Counted from the stretch's first letter, positions 42,407 to 52,880 are shown. The stretch: 64,000 bases of DNA from Methanocaldococcus sp. 28A (GCA_049852185.1 CP187540.1); one strand, 5' to 3'. A program made the numbers and translations. Notes: generated by a model from the sequence alone, not told the origin.

Positions 42407-43945
42407 CTATGATTTAACAACTTTCCCAGTTATCGACCTTCTTCCATAATCAACAATTTCAACATCAACAAACTCTCCAATTTTAAGATTTTTATCTAAG
42501 ATTCCAACTAACAATGGATAGCTTCCAAACTGTCTTCCAAAATATAATCCATCTTTCTCTTTAACTTCAACAAATACATCTCTTAATATTGTTCCTTTTG
42601 GTACAACCCTCTTAAGCATTTTATTGTCTATCTCTTCTCTAACTTTTTCTTTAAACCATAAAAATAATTTTTTTCTTTTCTCTGCTTTTTTTATATCTTT
42701 TAGAGATATTTCAGTTCCAAAAAATGGAACAACTTGCCTTATGTTAATCCTTCTAATCATAAAGCCCCTATCATAAATTTCTTTTAAATATTCAAAATTT
42801 ATAGTAAATGTTTCTTTTCTCTCCCCCTTTAATCCAAACAATAGATTTATGCCTGGCAATAAATATGGCAATCCTGTTTCTCCTCTTTCTTTTCCTATAG
42901 AGTTTAAAATTTCTACAGCTTTTAAAACATCTTCTGGTGTTGTTAATAAATTATTTGCTTTAATTACTTTTTCATCAAAACTCTCAACACCAAAAGCTGC
43001 TACATTTCCAGAAGTGCAGTATTTAACTAATATTTTAGCTACTTCTCTACTCTCATTTTCATGCCTTGCTATAACTGCAGGATTGGCATTATCTATATGC
43101 AAAACCTTTGGATTAGAAACATTTCTAATGCCTTCAAATAATTTTTCAATTGCCTCTACATTTGGTTTTGGAACCTCTTCTTTTTCTGAATCAATAGCTT
43201 TATAAGAAAACATACAAGGCTGTCTTCCAATTCTAAAATATCTTATTCCTTCATCATACAATGCCTTAATCTCATCAACTATATCTTTCTCCTCTCTAAA
43301 TTTAGGTAGTCCAAATCTTCTCGGCTCCGTGCAAAAAGAGCAACCCCCACTTAAAGCTCTTGAACACCCCCTATAAGTTTCAATTTCAGCTATTATATAT
43401 GGATAATTTGGATGCTTTTTAACAACTTTAGCTCCTCTAATGGCATATTCTCTCAACTCATTATAACTTCTATATCTATTAAAATCAATTTTTTCTATAC
43501 TTCTCTCACTTAATAAATCATTTAAAACAGCTTCCAAATCACCTTCAACAACCACATCAAAAAATGATTTATATTTACACTCATCTTCTATCTTTCCTCC
43601 AATCATTGAAGAGCCATATTTTGTTGCTGCAGGCCCCCCTAAAATTTTTAACCCATTATATCTATAAAGTATAGATACAAACTCCTTTAATGTGGCAGGA
43701 TTTGCATTTAAATACTTTCCTGGTGTGTGAAAACCACATATGCAGATTATTGCATCGTATTTATCTAAATCAAAGATTCCCCTAATTTCTCTAAATTTAT
43801 CGATAGTTATATAATCCACTTCAACATTATATTTATCTAAGACACCATAGGCATATCTTGGATAAGTGCCTATATAAGGAGGAACTCCTAAACCTGCTGG
43901 TTCATCTGTATAGCCATCTAAAATTAATGCTCTTTTTATTATCAT
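42407..43945 (-). CDS. Radical SAM protein with C-terminal TRAM-like domain
   Basis: LDGYTDEPAGLGVPPY, ETYRGC..GCSFC; true start is the ATG at 43945 because the ORF-track extension overlaps a C/D sRNA. Confidence 0.85.
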   Translation of the reverse strand: MIIKRALILDGYTDEPAGLGVPPYIGTYPRYAYGVLDKYNVEVDYITIDKFREIRGIFDLDKYDAIICICGFHTPGKYLNANPATLKEFVSILYRYNGLKILGGPAATKYGSSMIGGKIEDECKYKSFFDVVVEGDLEAVLNDLLSERSIEKIDFNRYRSYNELREYAIRGAKVVKKHPNYPYIIAEIETYRGCSRALSGGCSFCTEPRRFGLPKFREEKDIVDEIKALYDEGIRYFRIGRQPCMFSYKAIDSEKEEVPKPNVEAIEKLFEGIRNVSNPKVLHIDNANPAVIARHENESREVAKILVKYCTSGNVAAFGVESFDEKVIKANNLLTTPEDVLKAVEILNSIGKERGETGLPYLLPGINLLFGLKGERKETFTINFEYLKEIYDRGFMIRRINIRQVVPFFGTEISLKDIKKAEKRKKLFLWFKEKVREEIDNKMLKRVVPKGTILRDVFVEVKEKDGLYFGRQFGSYPLLVGILDKNLKIGEFVDVEIVDYGRRSITGKVVKS

Positions 43946-43960
43946 AATATCCCCACAAAA

Positions 43961-44021
43961 TTGCCGATGATGACGATTGGCTTTGCTGATTGTGTGATGA
44001 ACCGTATGAGCACTGAGGCAG
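43961..44021 (+). ncRNA. Box C/D methylation guide sRNA (sR8-like)
   Basis: Box C ATGATGA 43967-73, D' CTGA 43986-89, C' GTGATGA 43994-44000, D CTGA 44013-16, two 12-nt guides, terminal TGCC/GGCA stem; guides match M. jannaschii sR8 as recalled. Confidence 0.93.
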
Positions 44022-44054
44022 TAAATAATAAAATAAAAATAAAACAAAAAAGAT

Positions 44055-44672
44055 TTATTCTTCAAATAAACTAAATATGTGTTTAGTCCAATTTACCCAC
44101 AAATCATTAGCTCTTTTGCTCTTTTCATAAGTTTGCATAACTATATAGTAGTTACCTACTTTTCTGTAATAGCAGTAACTAACAGGAAGACGTTTATCTT
44201 TTGGAATGAATTCGTAATAGGTATAATATCCAAATGCATCTCTTTGTGAGTATTTTTTAACATAATTATATAAATAAGCATAAGAGAAATCAATAGGTTT
44301 TGTGCTAACTTCAAATGTAACATTATTATATTTTTTTATTACATATCCTTCAGATTCTATCGTCTTTTCATAAGGAAGATTTAAAAACATATCATCTATA
44401 TCTATATTTTTTGAAAAATCGTATTTTTTAGTTTCTTTTGTATTATTTTTCATATTATTTGCAATACTTTCATTGTTTGTAATCTTGGTTTTGTTATTAT
44501 CTTTTAAATTGTCCATTTTTACATTTTCCATTGATTTGTTGTTGTAATTTTGCATATTTCCATTTTTAGTTGAGATATATAATTCATTAACCTCTTTTTT
44601 CTCATAATTTAAGCATCCACTAATAGAGACAATTAAAATCAAAGATAAAAAAAATATTATTAGCTTTTTCAT
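44055..44672 (-). CDS. Putative lipoprotein
   Basis: MKK + hydrophobic stretch + ISGC lipobox, N/K-rich linker. Confidence 0.75.
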   Translation of the reverse strand: MKKLIIFFLSLILIVSISGCLNYEKKEVNELYISTKNGNMQNYNNKSMENVKMDNLKDNNKTKITNNESIANNMKNNTKETKKYDFSKNIDIDDMFLNLPYEKTIESEGYVIKKYNNVTFEVSTKPIDFSYAYLYNYVKKYSQRDAFGYYTYYEFIPKDKRLPVSYCYYRKVGNYYIVMQTYEKSKRANDLWVNWTKHIFSLFEE

Positions 44673-44734
44673 AAGCTATCCCTTACTAATTTTTTAATTC
44701 ATATAAAAATTATAAAATTATAATTATAAAATTA

Positions 44735-45832
44735 TTATAAAACAGCTTTCTCTAAATCTTCTGGTCTATGCAACTCTCCACCAATTTTATCAACTAAAAC
44801 CACTTCATCAGCTTTTTTACAAACTCTTTCGACTTCATAATATATTTGTCCTAAGTTCATCTCTGGAACTATAACTTTTTTTGCCTTTAACTTTTTCAAC
44901 AACTCATCTGGGAATGGATAGACGGTTATTAATCTTATATATCCAACATCCAATCCTTTTTCTCTTAATTTATTGACTGTATATTTCACAGTTCTTGAAG
45001 GTGTTCCATAGCAAATAAACATTATTTCTGCATCTAAATTCTCAGCTTCATATTTGATTATATCATCCTTATTTTTTCTTATTTTATTAACTAATCTTCT
45101 AACTAACTTATCATGAGTTTCTGGAGAAACATCAGGGTAGCCCCTCTCATCATGGGTTAATCCAGTTATATGCACATTATACCCCTCTCCAAATACTGGC
45201 ATTGGAGATACAAGAATATCAAAAGGATAAACTTTCTTTAGAGGTTTTTCTTCTGGCTTTTTTCTATCAATTATTTCTATGTTGTCATGTAAAACAACCT
45301 TTTCTCGCATATGTCCAACAATTTCATCAGCCATAACAAAAACAGGAATTCTGTATTTTTCAGCATAGTTAAATGCCATTATTGTAAAATCATACATCTC
45401 TTGCACTGAGCTTGGAGCTAAAGCAATAACTTCATAATCTCCATGGCTTCCCCATCTACACTGCATCATATCTCCTTGAGAAGCCATAGTTGGCTGTCCT
45501 GTTGAAGGACCTCCTCTTTGAACATTGACAATTACACATGGTGTTTCTGTCATATATCCAAATCCTATGTTCTCTTGCATTAAACTAAATCCAGGACCTG
45601 AAGTTGCTGTCATTGATTTTAAACCTCCCCAACTTGCACCAATAACTGCTGCTATACTCCCAAGCTCATCTTCCATTTGGATATAATAACCTCCAACCTT
45701 TGGTAATTCTCTTGCCATTGCCTCAGCTATCTCTGTGGATGGGGTTATAGGATATCCTGCAAAAAATCTACATCCTGCCTTTATAGCTCCTTTTGCACAG
45801 GCAAGGTTTCCTTGCATGAACTCTATTTTCAT
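44735..45832 (-). CDS. korA: 2-oxoglutarate:ferredoxin oxidoreductase alpha subunit
   Basis: YPITPSTE, TATSGPG, QRGGPSTGQPT, PEMNLGQ. Confidence 0.9.
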   Translation of the reverse strand: MKIEFMQGNLACAKGAIKAGCRFFAGYPITPSTEIAEAMARELPKVGGYYIQMEDELGSIAAVIGASWGGLKSMTATSGPGFSLMQENIGFGYMTETPCVIVNVQRGGPSTGQPTMASQGDMMQCRWGSHGDYEVIALAPSSVQEMYDFTIMAFNYAEKYRIPVFVMADEIVGHMREKVVLHDNIEIIDRKKPEEKPLKKVYPFDILVSPMPVFGEGYNVHITGLTHDERGYPDVSPETHDKLVRRLVNKIRKNKDDIIKYEAENLDAEIMFICYGTPSRTVKYTVNKLREKGLDVGYIRLITVYPFPDELLKKLKAKKVIVPEMNLGQIYYEVERVCKKADEVVLVDKIGGELHRPEDLEKAVL

Positions 45833-45918
45833 TAAATACTCCCTCCATTCATAATTTTAATTTTAGAGTAGTTAAAATAAAAGTTATATTAATTGAAGGT
45901 TAAAATTGATTGAAAATT

Positions 45919-47706
45919 TTAGAATTCTTCAACAGCACTCATTTCTCTTATCTTTTCTCTTATCTTTTTAATCTCTTCAAATTCTGGTTTTTTAATCTTT
46001 GGCTCAACCCTAATTGGTTGAATTATATTTGTTAGTTTTCCACCTGGTGGAACCATTGGTAAAGCTTCAGCAGGGTCTATGACAATATCTAAGAGATATG
46101 GCTCATTACTCAATATTGCCTCTTTTAATTTCTCTTTAATCTCATCTGGTCTTGTTATTCTATCAGCTTTAACACCATAACTTTCAGCTAATTTAACAAA
46201 ATCTGGACTCTCTCCTAAATGCACTTCACTCTGTCTCTGTCCATAATATAAGTTTTGCCATTGATAAACCATTCCTAATGTTCTATTGTCAAAGATACAA
46301 ATAACAACTGGAATAACATATTCACTAATTGTTGCTAACTCTTGAGAATTCATTAAGAATCCTCCATCTCCCGTAATAGAGATAACATTAGCGTAAGGTT
46401 TAGCAACCTTAGCCCCTATTGCAGCAGGAAATCCAAAGCCCATAGTCCCTAAACCACCAGAGGCTAAAAAGCTTCTTGGCATCTTTGTTTTAAAGAAATG
46501 AGCCATCCACATTTGATTTTGTCCAACGTCTGTTGTTATTATTGTGTTTTTTAATTTAGGGTCAATCTCATCTAAAACTTTCATTAAATCTTTAACAAAT
46601 CTCTGTGGCTTTATTGGCTTGTCATCAAAATCCATCATTGGGATAGAGTGTTTTTTTAATTCATAAATCCTTTCAATCCATGCATCTTTATTTTTAATTT
46701 CCAATGTTATTAATGCAGCTAACAAATCTCTTAAAACATTTTTTGCATCTCCAACTATTGGAATATCTGCCCTAACATTCTTCCCTATCTCAGCTGGGTC
46801 TATGTCTATATGAATAATTTTAGCTTCTGGGGCAAAGTATCTAACATCCCCAGTAACCCTATCTGAAAATCTACAGCCAATTGCTATGAGAACATCACAT
46901 TCTGTAACTGCATAATTTGCAGCTTTAGTTCCATGCATTCCAATCATTCCTAATGACAGAGGATGGTCTTCTGGAAAGCTTCCTTTACCCATTAAAGTAG
47001 TGCAAACTGGGATTTTAACAAATTCAGCTAATCTCATCAATTCTTCTGAAGCTCCACTAATTATAACTCCTCCACCAGCTAAAATTACTGGTTTTTCAGC
47101 TTCAGCTATCAATTTAGCAGCTTTTTTTATCTGTAAAGGATGCCCAACAGTTTTTGGTTTGTAGCCAGGTAAATCAACCTTTGCTGGGATTGGATATCTT
47201 TCAACATCAATCTCTCCATCTTGCACATCTTTTGGAATGTCTATATGAACTGGCCCAGGCCTTCCAGTTGTAGCAATTTCAAAAGCAGCTCTAAAAGTTT
47301 CAGGAATTTCTTCAGGCTTTTTTATTTGGAAGTTGTGTTTTGTTATTGGCATAAATAAGCCAAGAGCATCAATCTCTTGAAATGCATCATTTCCAATTAA
47401 CTTAGTGGGAACTTGCCCAGTCAAAGCAATAACTGGGGATGAATCCGCATAAGCCGTTGCTATCCCAGTAACTAAGTTTGTGGCTCCAGGACCTGAAGTA
47501 GAGACGCAAACTCCAGCCTCTCCACTTGCTCTCGCAAATCCATCTGCTGCATGTGCTGCTGCCTGCTCATGCCTTGTTAATATATGAATTAAATTGCTAT
47601 CATACAATGCATCGTAAAATGGTAACATTGCCCCTCCTGGATAACCAAATATAATCTTGACTCCTTCAGCTTCTAATGCCTTTATAATTGCCTCAGCACC
47701 TTTCAT
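45919..47706 (-). CDS. ilvB: Acetolactate synthase large subunit
   Basis: RHEQAA, TSGPGATN, AFQE, GDGGFLMN TPP motif. Confidence 0.96.
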   Translation of the reverse strand: MKGAEAIIKALEAEGVKIIFGYPGGAMLPFYDALYDSNLIHILTRHEQAAAHAADGFARASGEAGVCVSTSGPGATNLVTGIATAYADSSPVIALTGQVPTKLIGNDAFQEIDALGLFMPITKHNFQIKKPEEIPETFRAAFEIATTGRPGPVHIDIPKDVQDGEIDVERYPIPAKVDLPGYKPKTVGHPLQIKKAAKLIAEAEKPVILAGGGVIISGASEELMRLAEFVKIPVCTTLMGKGSFPEDHPLSLGMIGMHGTKAANYAVTECDVLIAIGCRFSDRVTGDVRYFAPEAKIIHIDIDPAEIGKNVRADIPIVGDAKNVLRDLLAALITLEIKNKDAWIERIYELKKHSIPMMDFDDKPIKPQRFVKDLMKVLDEIDPKLKNTIITTDVGQNQMWMAHFFKTKMPRSFLASGGLGTMGFGFPAAIGAKVAKPYANVISITGDGGFLMNSQELATISEYVIPVVICIFDNRTLGMVYQWQNLYYGQRQSEVHLGESPDFVKLAESYGVKADRITRPDEIKEKLKEAILSNEPYLLDIVIDPAEALPMVPPGGKLTNIIQPIRVEPKIKKPEFEEIKKIREKIREMSAVEEF

Positions 47707-47805
47707 CTAATCACCAAAAAATGAGTTGAAATAGGACAAAAGTCCTATTGGGAGTATCATAATGATAAAATTAAAATTATATATAAATTTTTATACTAAG
47801 GATAA

Positions 47806-48016
47806 TACTGGACTTTATACAGTTCATATATTTTTCATGGAAATTATAGTTGTGTGCAAAAGTATCTTAATTAAAATAAGGAATTAAAGAATGCCTTCCT
47901 TTTGGAAGGCATTCAAATTTTCCTTTACAAAGTTTATTTTATTTTGCACACAACTATATTGCTCACTATATATAAAAACTATGACTTAGGACATATATTC
48001 CTGTGAATGTCCTATA
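47806..48016. repeat. Family B repeat interrupted by a family A repeat
   Basis: GGACTTTATACAGTTCATATA left end and TATTCCTGTGAATGTCCTATA right end flank the family A copy; ~100 bp remain after subtracting it. Confidence 0.6.
47845..47958. repeat. Palindromic repeat family A
   Basis: TATAGTTGTGTGCAAAA...TTTTGCACACAACTATA with perfect inner stem. Confidence 0.92.
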
Positions 48017-48095
48017 ATATCTGAAAAAATTAAAATTTAGGTATAAAAAAGTTATATATTAATAAATATTAATAAAAAAGTAATTGTTAATTTAA

Positions 48096-48569
48096 TTATT
48101 CTGACTCAGCTGGTTGGACTTCACATACCTTTATAGTAAATGTTAATTCCTTTCCAGCTAGTTCATGGTTGAAATCTAAGGTTACCGTATCATCTGTAAC
48201 TTTTATTATCTTTGCAGGAATTCCACTGGCTAAGATTAACATACCCTCCTGTGGTTCAAAATCTGCATCAGCAAACATATCTTTAGGGATTTCCTGGATT
48301 AATCTCTCATCTCTAAATCCATAACCTTTTTCAGGAGGAATTGTTACAGTTTTTTCTTCTCCAACGTCCATACCTATAACAGCTTCTTCAAAACCTTCAA
48401 TTAAATCCCCATTACCTACGATAAAACCTAAGGGCTCATAATCCCTTTCAGGATAGTATATGCCATTTTCTTTAGCAACTTCTTCAATTGATGTATCAAT
48501 AACTTTCCCATCTACAACTAAAATATAGTCTACCTTAACGTAATCTCCTTTTTTAATCAAGTTAATCAA
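48096..48569 (-). CDS. FKBP-type peptidyl-prolyl isomerase (SlyD-like)
   Basis: [30 protein letters not shown]. Confidence 0.93.
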   Translation of the reverse strand: MINLIKKGDYVKVDYILVVDGKVIDTSIEEVAKENGIYYPERDYEPLGFIVGNGDLIEGFEEAVIGMDVGEEKTVTIPPEKGYGFRDERLIQEIPKDMFADADFEPQEGMLILASGIPAKIIKVTDDTVTLDFNHELAGKELTFTIKVCEVQPAESE

Positions 48570-48666
48570 CTCCCAACATTTCCAAATACATATTATGAAA
48601 GATATATAAATAGTTTTTGGCTATTAATTGTTTTTTATGGATAAAGCGTATATTTTGGGGATTACT

Positions 48667-49500
48667 ATGGAAAAAGTAAATAGTTATTTAGAGATTATTA
48701 GGGCTAAAAATTGTATAACTGCGTCTATTGGAGGTATTATAGGTTATTTAATTTCAGAAAATTTTGATATTAATATATTAAAAGTTATTTTAGTATTTTT
48801 TGTTGTATTTTTTGTTTGTGCTTATGGGAATGTGATAAATGACATTTTTGATATTGAGATAGATAAAATAAATAAGCCATTTCGCCCATTACCATCAGGA
48901 AAAATTAAATTAAATGAGGCAAAAAAACTTTCAGGCATTTTATTAATTTTTGGCTTAACTCTTTCAATATTTATAAATATATATACGTTAATTATAGCAG
49001 TGGTTAATGCCATCTTCCTATATTTATATGCAAAAAAATACAAACGATATAAACCAATTGGAAATTTTATTATTGGCTATTTAACAGGTTCTGTATTTCT
49101 ATTTGGTGGAGTTGCTGGAAAAAATGTTATGCCAGTTATTATTTTATTTTTATGCTCTTTACTTTCAATTTGGGGTAGAGAAATAGTTAAAGATTTTGAG
49201 GACATGGAAGGGGATAAAAAAGAAGAAGTAATTTCACTACCAATAAAGTATGGTAAAAAGGCATTATATTTTGCCACTTTTTTGATAGTTCTGGCGGTTG
49301 TATTAAGTCCTCTTCCTTATATATTAAAAATATTTGGAATATATTATCTAATTTTAATAGCAATATGTGATATTTTGTTTATCTATGCTATGGCTTTATT
49401 ATTAAAAAAGCCAAATAGAGACACTGCTTCAAGGGTTTCAAAATTTTTAAAAATCATAATGAACATTGTTCTTTTGGCATTTATTGTTGGTGCTATTTAA
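48667..49500 (+). CDS. Digeranylgeranylglyceryl phosphate synthase (UbiA family)
   Basis: NDIFDIEIDKINKPFRPLPSG, REIVKDFEDMEGD. Confidence 0.9.
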   Translation: MEKVNSYLEIIRAKNCITASIGGIIGYLISENFDINILKVILVFFVVFFVCAYGNVINDIFDIEIDKINKPFRPLPSGKIKLNEAKKLSGILLIFGLTLSIFINIYTLIIAVVNAIFLYLYAKKYKRYKPIGNFIIGYLTGSVFLFGGVAGKNVMPVIILFLCSLLSIWGREIVKDFEDMEGDKKEEVISLPIKYGKKALYFATFLIVLAVVLSPLPYILKIFGIYYLILIAICDILFIYAMALLLKKPNRDTASRVSKFLKIIMNIVLLAFIVGAI

Positions 49501-49539
49501 ATGATAGAATTTATAATATTCCAAAGGAAATGTTTTTAA

Positions 49540-49639
49540 TATAGGACTTTCGCAGGAATAAATTTTTTATAATAGAATATAGACACCTAAAGGTGTCAAA
49601 GTTTCTTAATTCAAGTATATAAACTGCGAAAGTCCTATA
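49540..49639. repeat. Palindromic repeat family B (best-preserved copy)
   Basis: Perfect 16-bp inverted ends TATAGGACTTTCGCAG / CTGCGAAAGTCCTATA; central GACACC-TAAA-GGTGTC. Confidence 0.9.
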
Positions 49640-49700
49640 ATAGATAACTAAATAGTTATAGGTAAAAATGAAGAATTTTAATAGTGAAATTGGTGAAAAA

Positions 49701-50087
49701 ATGTTTCCAGGTAAAGTAAATCCAAGAATGTTGAAGAAAATGCAAAAGATGATGAAGGATTTTGGAATGGAAACTGAAGATTTAAATCCAAAAAAAGTAA
49801 TATTTGTATTTGATGATGAAGAGTGGGTATTTGAAGAACCAAAAGTTCAGGTCATGGACATATTAGGAGTTAAAACTTACTCAATAACTGGAAAACCTAA
49901 GAAAGTTAAAAAAGAAAACATGGAAGAAGAAGAGGATGTTAAAGTTGAAATAACTGAAGAAGATGTTGAATTAGTGGCTAAGCAATGCAATGTTTCAAAA
50001 GAAGAGGCAAGAAAAGCATTAGAAAAATGCAATGGCGATATTGCTGAGGCAATATTAAAATTAGAAGAAGAAAAAGAAGAAAATTAA
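49701..50087 (+). CDS. nac: Nascent polypeptide-associated complex protein
   Basis: NPRMLKKM NAC domain, C-terminal UBA EDVELV..GDIAEAI. Confidence 0.92.
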   Translation: MFPGKVNPRMLKKMQKMMKDFGMETEDLNPKKVIFVFDDEEWVFEEPKVQVMDILGVKTYSITGKPKKVKKENMEEEEDVKVEITEEDVELVAKQCNVSKEEARKALEKCNGDIAEAILKLEEEKEEN

Positions 50088-50195
50088 ATAGGTCTTTCGC
50101 AGGTATAAATATTAAAAGGCCTTTTTGATGCCATTGACATCATATTTTCTTTATTATTAATTATTAAAATTAAATATATAAAGTGAAAGTCCTAT
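50088..50195. repeat. Palindromic repeat family B
   Basis: ATAGGTCTTTCGC ... GTGAAAGTCCTAT; fills the gap between convergent genes. Confidence 0.8.
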
Positions 50196-50196
50196 T

Positions 50197-51435
50197 TTAA
50201 GCTCCAAATTTCTCATTTCTTCCAGTTAAATCTAATAAAATCTTCATTACATGCTCTCCTTTAATCCAATGCATAGCTCCTTTTGCACAGCTGAATTCAT
50301 TAAATTCTGTAACATCATCAACTCTAACACTCTTTCCCCAAATAACTATTGGAACTGGGTCTGCTGAGTGGTCTTTTACCTCTATTGGTGTTGAATGGTC
50401 TCCAGTTAATACAAAGTAAACTTCATCTTTGTTAATATTCTCAAATACATAGGAAAGCATCTCATCTATTTTTTCTAAAACCTCTTTTTTAAGTTCATAT
50501 TTACCATCATGGCTTGCTTCATCAGCTCCTTTAACATTTACTAAGACAAAATCATAATCATATTCTTTTAATGCTTCAATCAATGCCTTTGCTTTGCCCA
50601 TAAAGTTTGTTTTTGGTGTTCCTGTAGCTCCCTCAACTTCTATAACATCTAAACCAATCATTTTAGCCAACCCTTTTATTAGTCCAGTTCCACAGATACA
50701 AGCTCCTCTCAGATTGTATCTTTTAGAGAACTTCTCTATCTTTGGAACTACTCCGGCACCTCTTGGTAATATCATATTGGCTGGTGGTAATCCTTTTTTC
50801 CTTCTTTCTACATTTATTGGATGATTATTTAGTTTTTCATAAACAATTTTTAATAATTTGTTTAAAATCTCAGCGGTTCTTTTCGCTTCTTCTGAATCAT
50901 CTAATGGCTCTATCTTTTTAACTTTAACGCCCTCTTCATGCGGGTCTCCATCACTAACTCTGCATGACAAACCTTCTCCTCTCAAAACTAAAGCTCCTCT
51001 ATATCCTTTTGAAGATTTAAAAATAATTTTAACTCCATCAATCTCTAAACCATCAATCTCCTTCTCTAACTCTTTAGCTTCTTCTGGACTTATTCTTCCA
51101 GCTCTTCTATCTAAAACAACAAAGTTCTCATCAACAGTAGCAAAATTACATCTAAATGCTACATCTCCTTCTTTTAAATCCAAGCCAACACCATAAGCTT
51201 CTAATGGCCCCCTACCAGTATAAACCTCGTAAGGATTGTAGCCCAAAATAGCTAAGTGAGCTGTATCACTTCCTGGTCTTACACCAATATCTATGGCATT
51301 CATTAATCCACAAATTCCTTCTTTAGCAATTCTATCCATTGTTGGAGTCTTCGCCTCTTTTAAAGGAGTGTTACCATCTTTATTTGGTCTATCTCCCAAC
51401 CCATCTATAATAAATATAACACACTTTCTTTTCAT
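50197..51435 (-). CDS. apgM: 2,3-bisphosphoglycerate-independent phosphoglycerate mutase
   Basis: DGLGDRP, PGSDTAHL, DEASHDG, TGDHSTP. Confidence 0.95.
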   Translation of the reverse strand: MKRKCVIFIIDGLGDRPNKDGNTPLKEAKTPTMDRIAKEGICGLMNAIDIGVRPGSDTAHLAILGYNPYEVYTGRGPLEAYGVGLDLKEGDVAFRCNFATVDENFVVLDRRAGRISPEEAKELEKEIDGLEIDGVKIIFKSSKGYRGALVLRGEGLSCRVSDGDPHEEGVKVKKIEPLDDSEEAKRTAEILNKLLKIVYEKLNNHPINVERRKKGLPPANMILPRGAGVVPKIEKFSKRYNLRGACICGTGLIKGLAKMIGLDVIEVEGATGTPKTNFMGKAKALIEALKEYDYDFVLVNVKGADEASHDGKYELKKEVLEKIDEMLSYVFENINKDEVYFVLTGDHSTPIEVKDHSADPVPIVIWGKSVRVDDVTEFNEFSCAKGAMHWIKGEHVMKILLDLTGRNEKFGA

Positions 51436-51443
51436 TCTCTCCC

Positions 51444-52862
51444 TCACACAATTATAAATCCTCCAAATGCATCATGTTTTTTATCATTTTTATCTTTATC
51501 TTCTTTTTTATCTTGGTTATAAATATTTTCTGTATCCATTATGTCATCGTTTACTACTATAATAGTGGATTTTATTGAATTTTCTTCAGTTATATTTTTT
51601 GTATTTCTTTCTTTCTGATTGTTGATATTGGAGTTTTTGTCAATCTTGTTAATTTCTAATTTAATCAAAATTTCCTTTATATGGTATTCAAAATCATATA
51701 AAATGTTTAAATAACTTGCATACGCATCAAAAGGTAGGTCAAAGTGACTGAAATAATTATGAACATCCATGTCTCCAAAACATTTAGTGCATTGATAATA
51801 GAAGTTGTCACTTGTTTGTAGAACTTTGTATATCTTATAAATTTCATCAAATTTTCCTAATTTTTTTAATTTACTTTTATTTTCTTTTATAAATTTTCCA
51901 ATATTCTTTAATTTTTCAAAAGATATCATCTGCATCTTATTTCCTAACCATGCACTTACATCTCTTTCAGTATCTGCCCAAGATATTGTAGAGAATTCAT
52001 GCACATAAATTTCTCCTCTCGGCTTTAATCTCTCAACAACTTCACTAGCATTAACAACCTCTAAATGCTCATGCTTAGCTATCTCTATAGGCAAATATCT
52101 TAGAAATTCAAATATTCCAGTTTCTTTCCAGTGATGCTCTCCAAATGTCTCATAGTCCATATAAATGTTTATAACTTCCCCAGGTGTTGAAGCTAACCAT
52201 GTAGCATATTTATCAGCTGTTAAAGGATATTCATTCCAATCTCTTGCTGAAAATCTAAAACCAATATCATCACTCAACCTATAATTCCTCAGCAAAATCT
52301 TCATACCATCTGGTGATTGATATAAATAGTTCGGACTTCTCCAACCCAAAATTTTTTCTATTCCCTCTGTAAATATAGCCTTAAAACCTAAATCTTTTGT
52401 TATTTTTGCAATTCTATTGTTGTATATTAGCTCAGTATTTCTAAATACCTTAGCTTTAAAACCAAACACATCTTTATATAGTTGTTTATGCATCTCAATA
52501 TCTTCAATAAACTCTTCTTCACTTTCAAACAAACTTGATAATGAGTGATGATAAGTTTCGGCAATAAGTTCAACATTTCCAGTTTTTACCAAATCTTTGA
52601 ATAAATCTAACACGTAATCATTAAATTCTAATGCCTGCTCTATAAAAATCCCTGTAATTGAATAATTTACTTTAAAATCATATTCATCAATAAGCTCTAA
52701 CATTAGTTCATTTGCTGGAATGTAGCATTTATTAGCAACCTTATTAAAAATTTCTTTATTTAATTCTGTATCCACATATTTTTCCCATAAGTTATTTCCC
52801 ATTTTAATCTCTTTATTTAATCTGTGTGGCTGATGAACTTCAAAATTAAATGTTATTAACAT
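51444..52862 (-). CDS. GH57 alpha-amylase
   Basis: HQP, ETYHH, RNTEL, LSDDIGFRFS, DYETFGEH. Confidence 0.92.
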   Translation of the reverse strand: MLITFNFEVHQPHRLNKEIKMGNNLWEKYVDTELNKEIFNKVANKCYIPANELMLELIDEYDFKVNYSITGIFIEQALEFNDYVLDLFKDLVKTGNVELIAETYHHSLSSLFESEEEFIEDIEMHKQLYKDVFGFKAKVFRNTELIYNNRIAKITKDLGFKAIFTEGIEKILGWRSPNYLYQSPDGMKILLRNYRLSDDIGFRFSARDWNEYPLTADKYATWLASTPGEVINIYMDYETFGEHHWKETGIFEFLRYLPIEIAKHEHLEVVNASEVVERLKPRGEIYVHEFSTISWADTERDVSAWLGNKMQMISFEKLKNIGKFIKENKSKLKKLGKFDEIYKIYKVLQTSDNFYYQCTKCFGDMDVHNYFSHFDLPFDAYASYLNILYDFEYHIKEILIKLEINKIDKNSNINNQKERNTKNITEENSIKSTIIVVNDDIMDTENIYNQDKKEDKDKNDKKHDAFGGFIIV

Positions 52863-52880
52863 GCTACCACATCATAAAAT

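Noticed and set aside
43946-44065. 40-aa N-terminal extension of the radical SAM ORF
   Set aside because: It is the antisense strand of a C/D sRNA; an RBS precedes the ATG at 43945.
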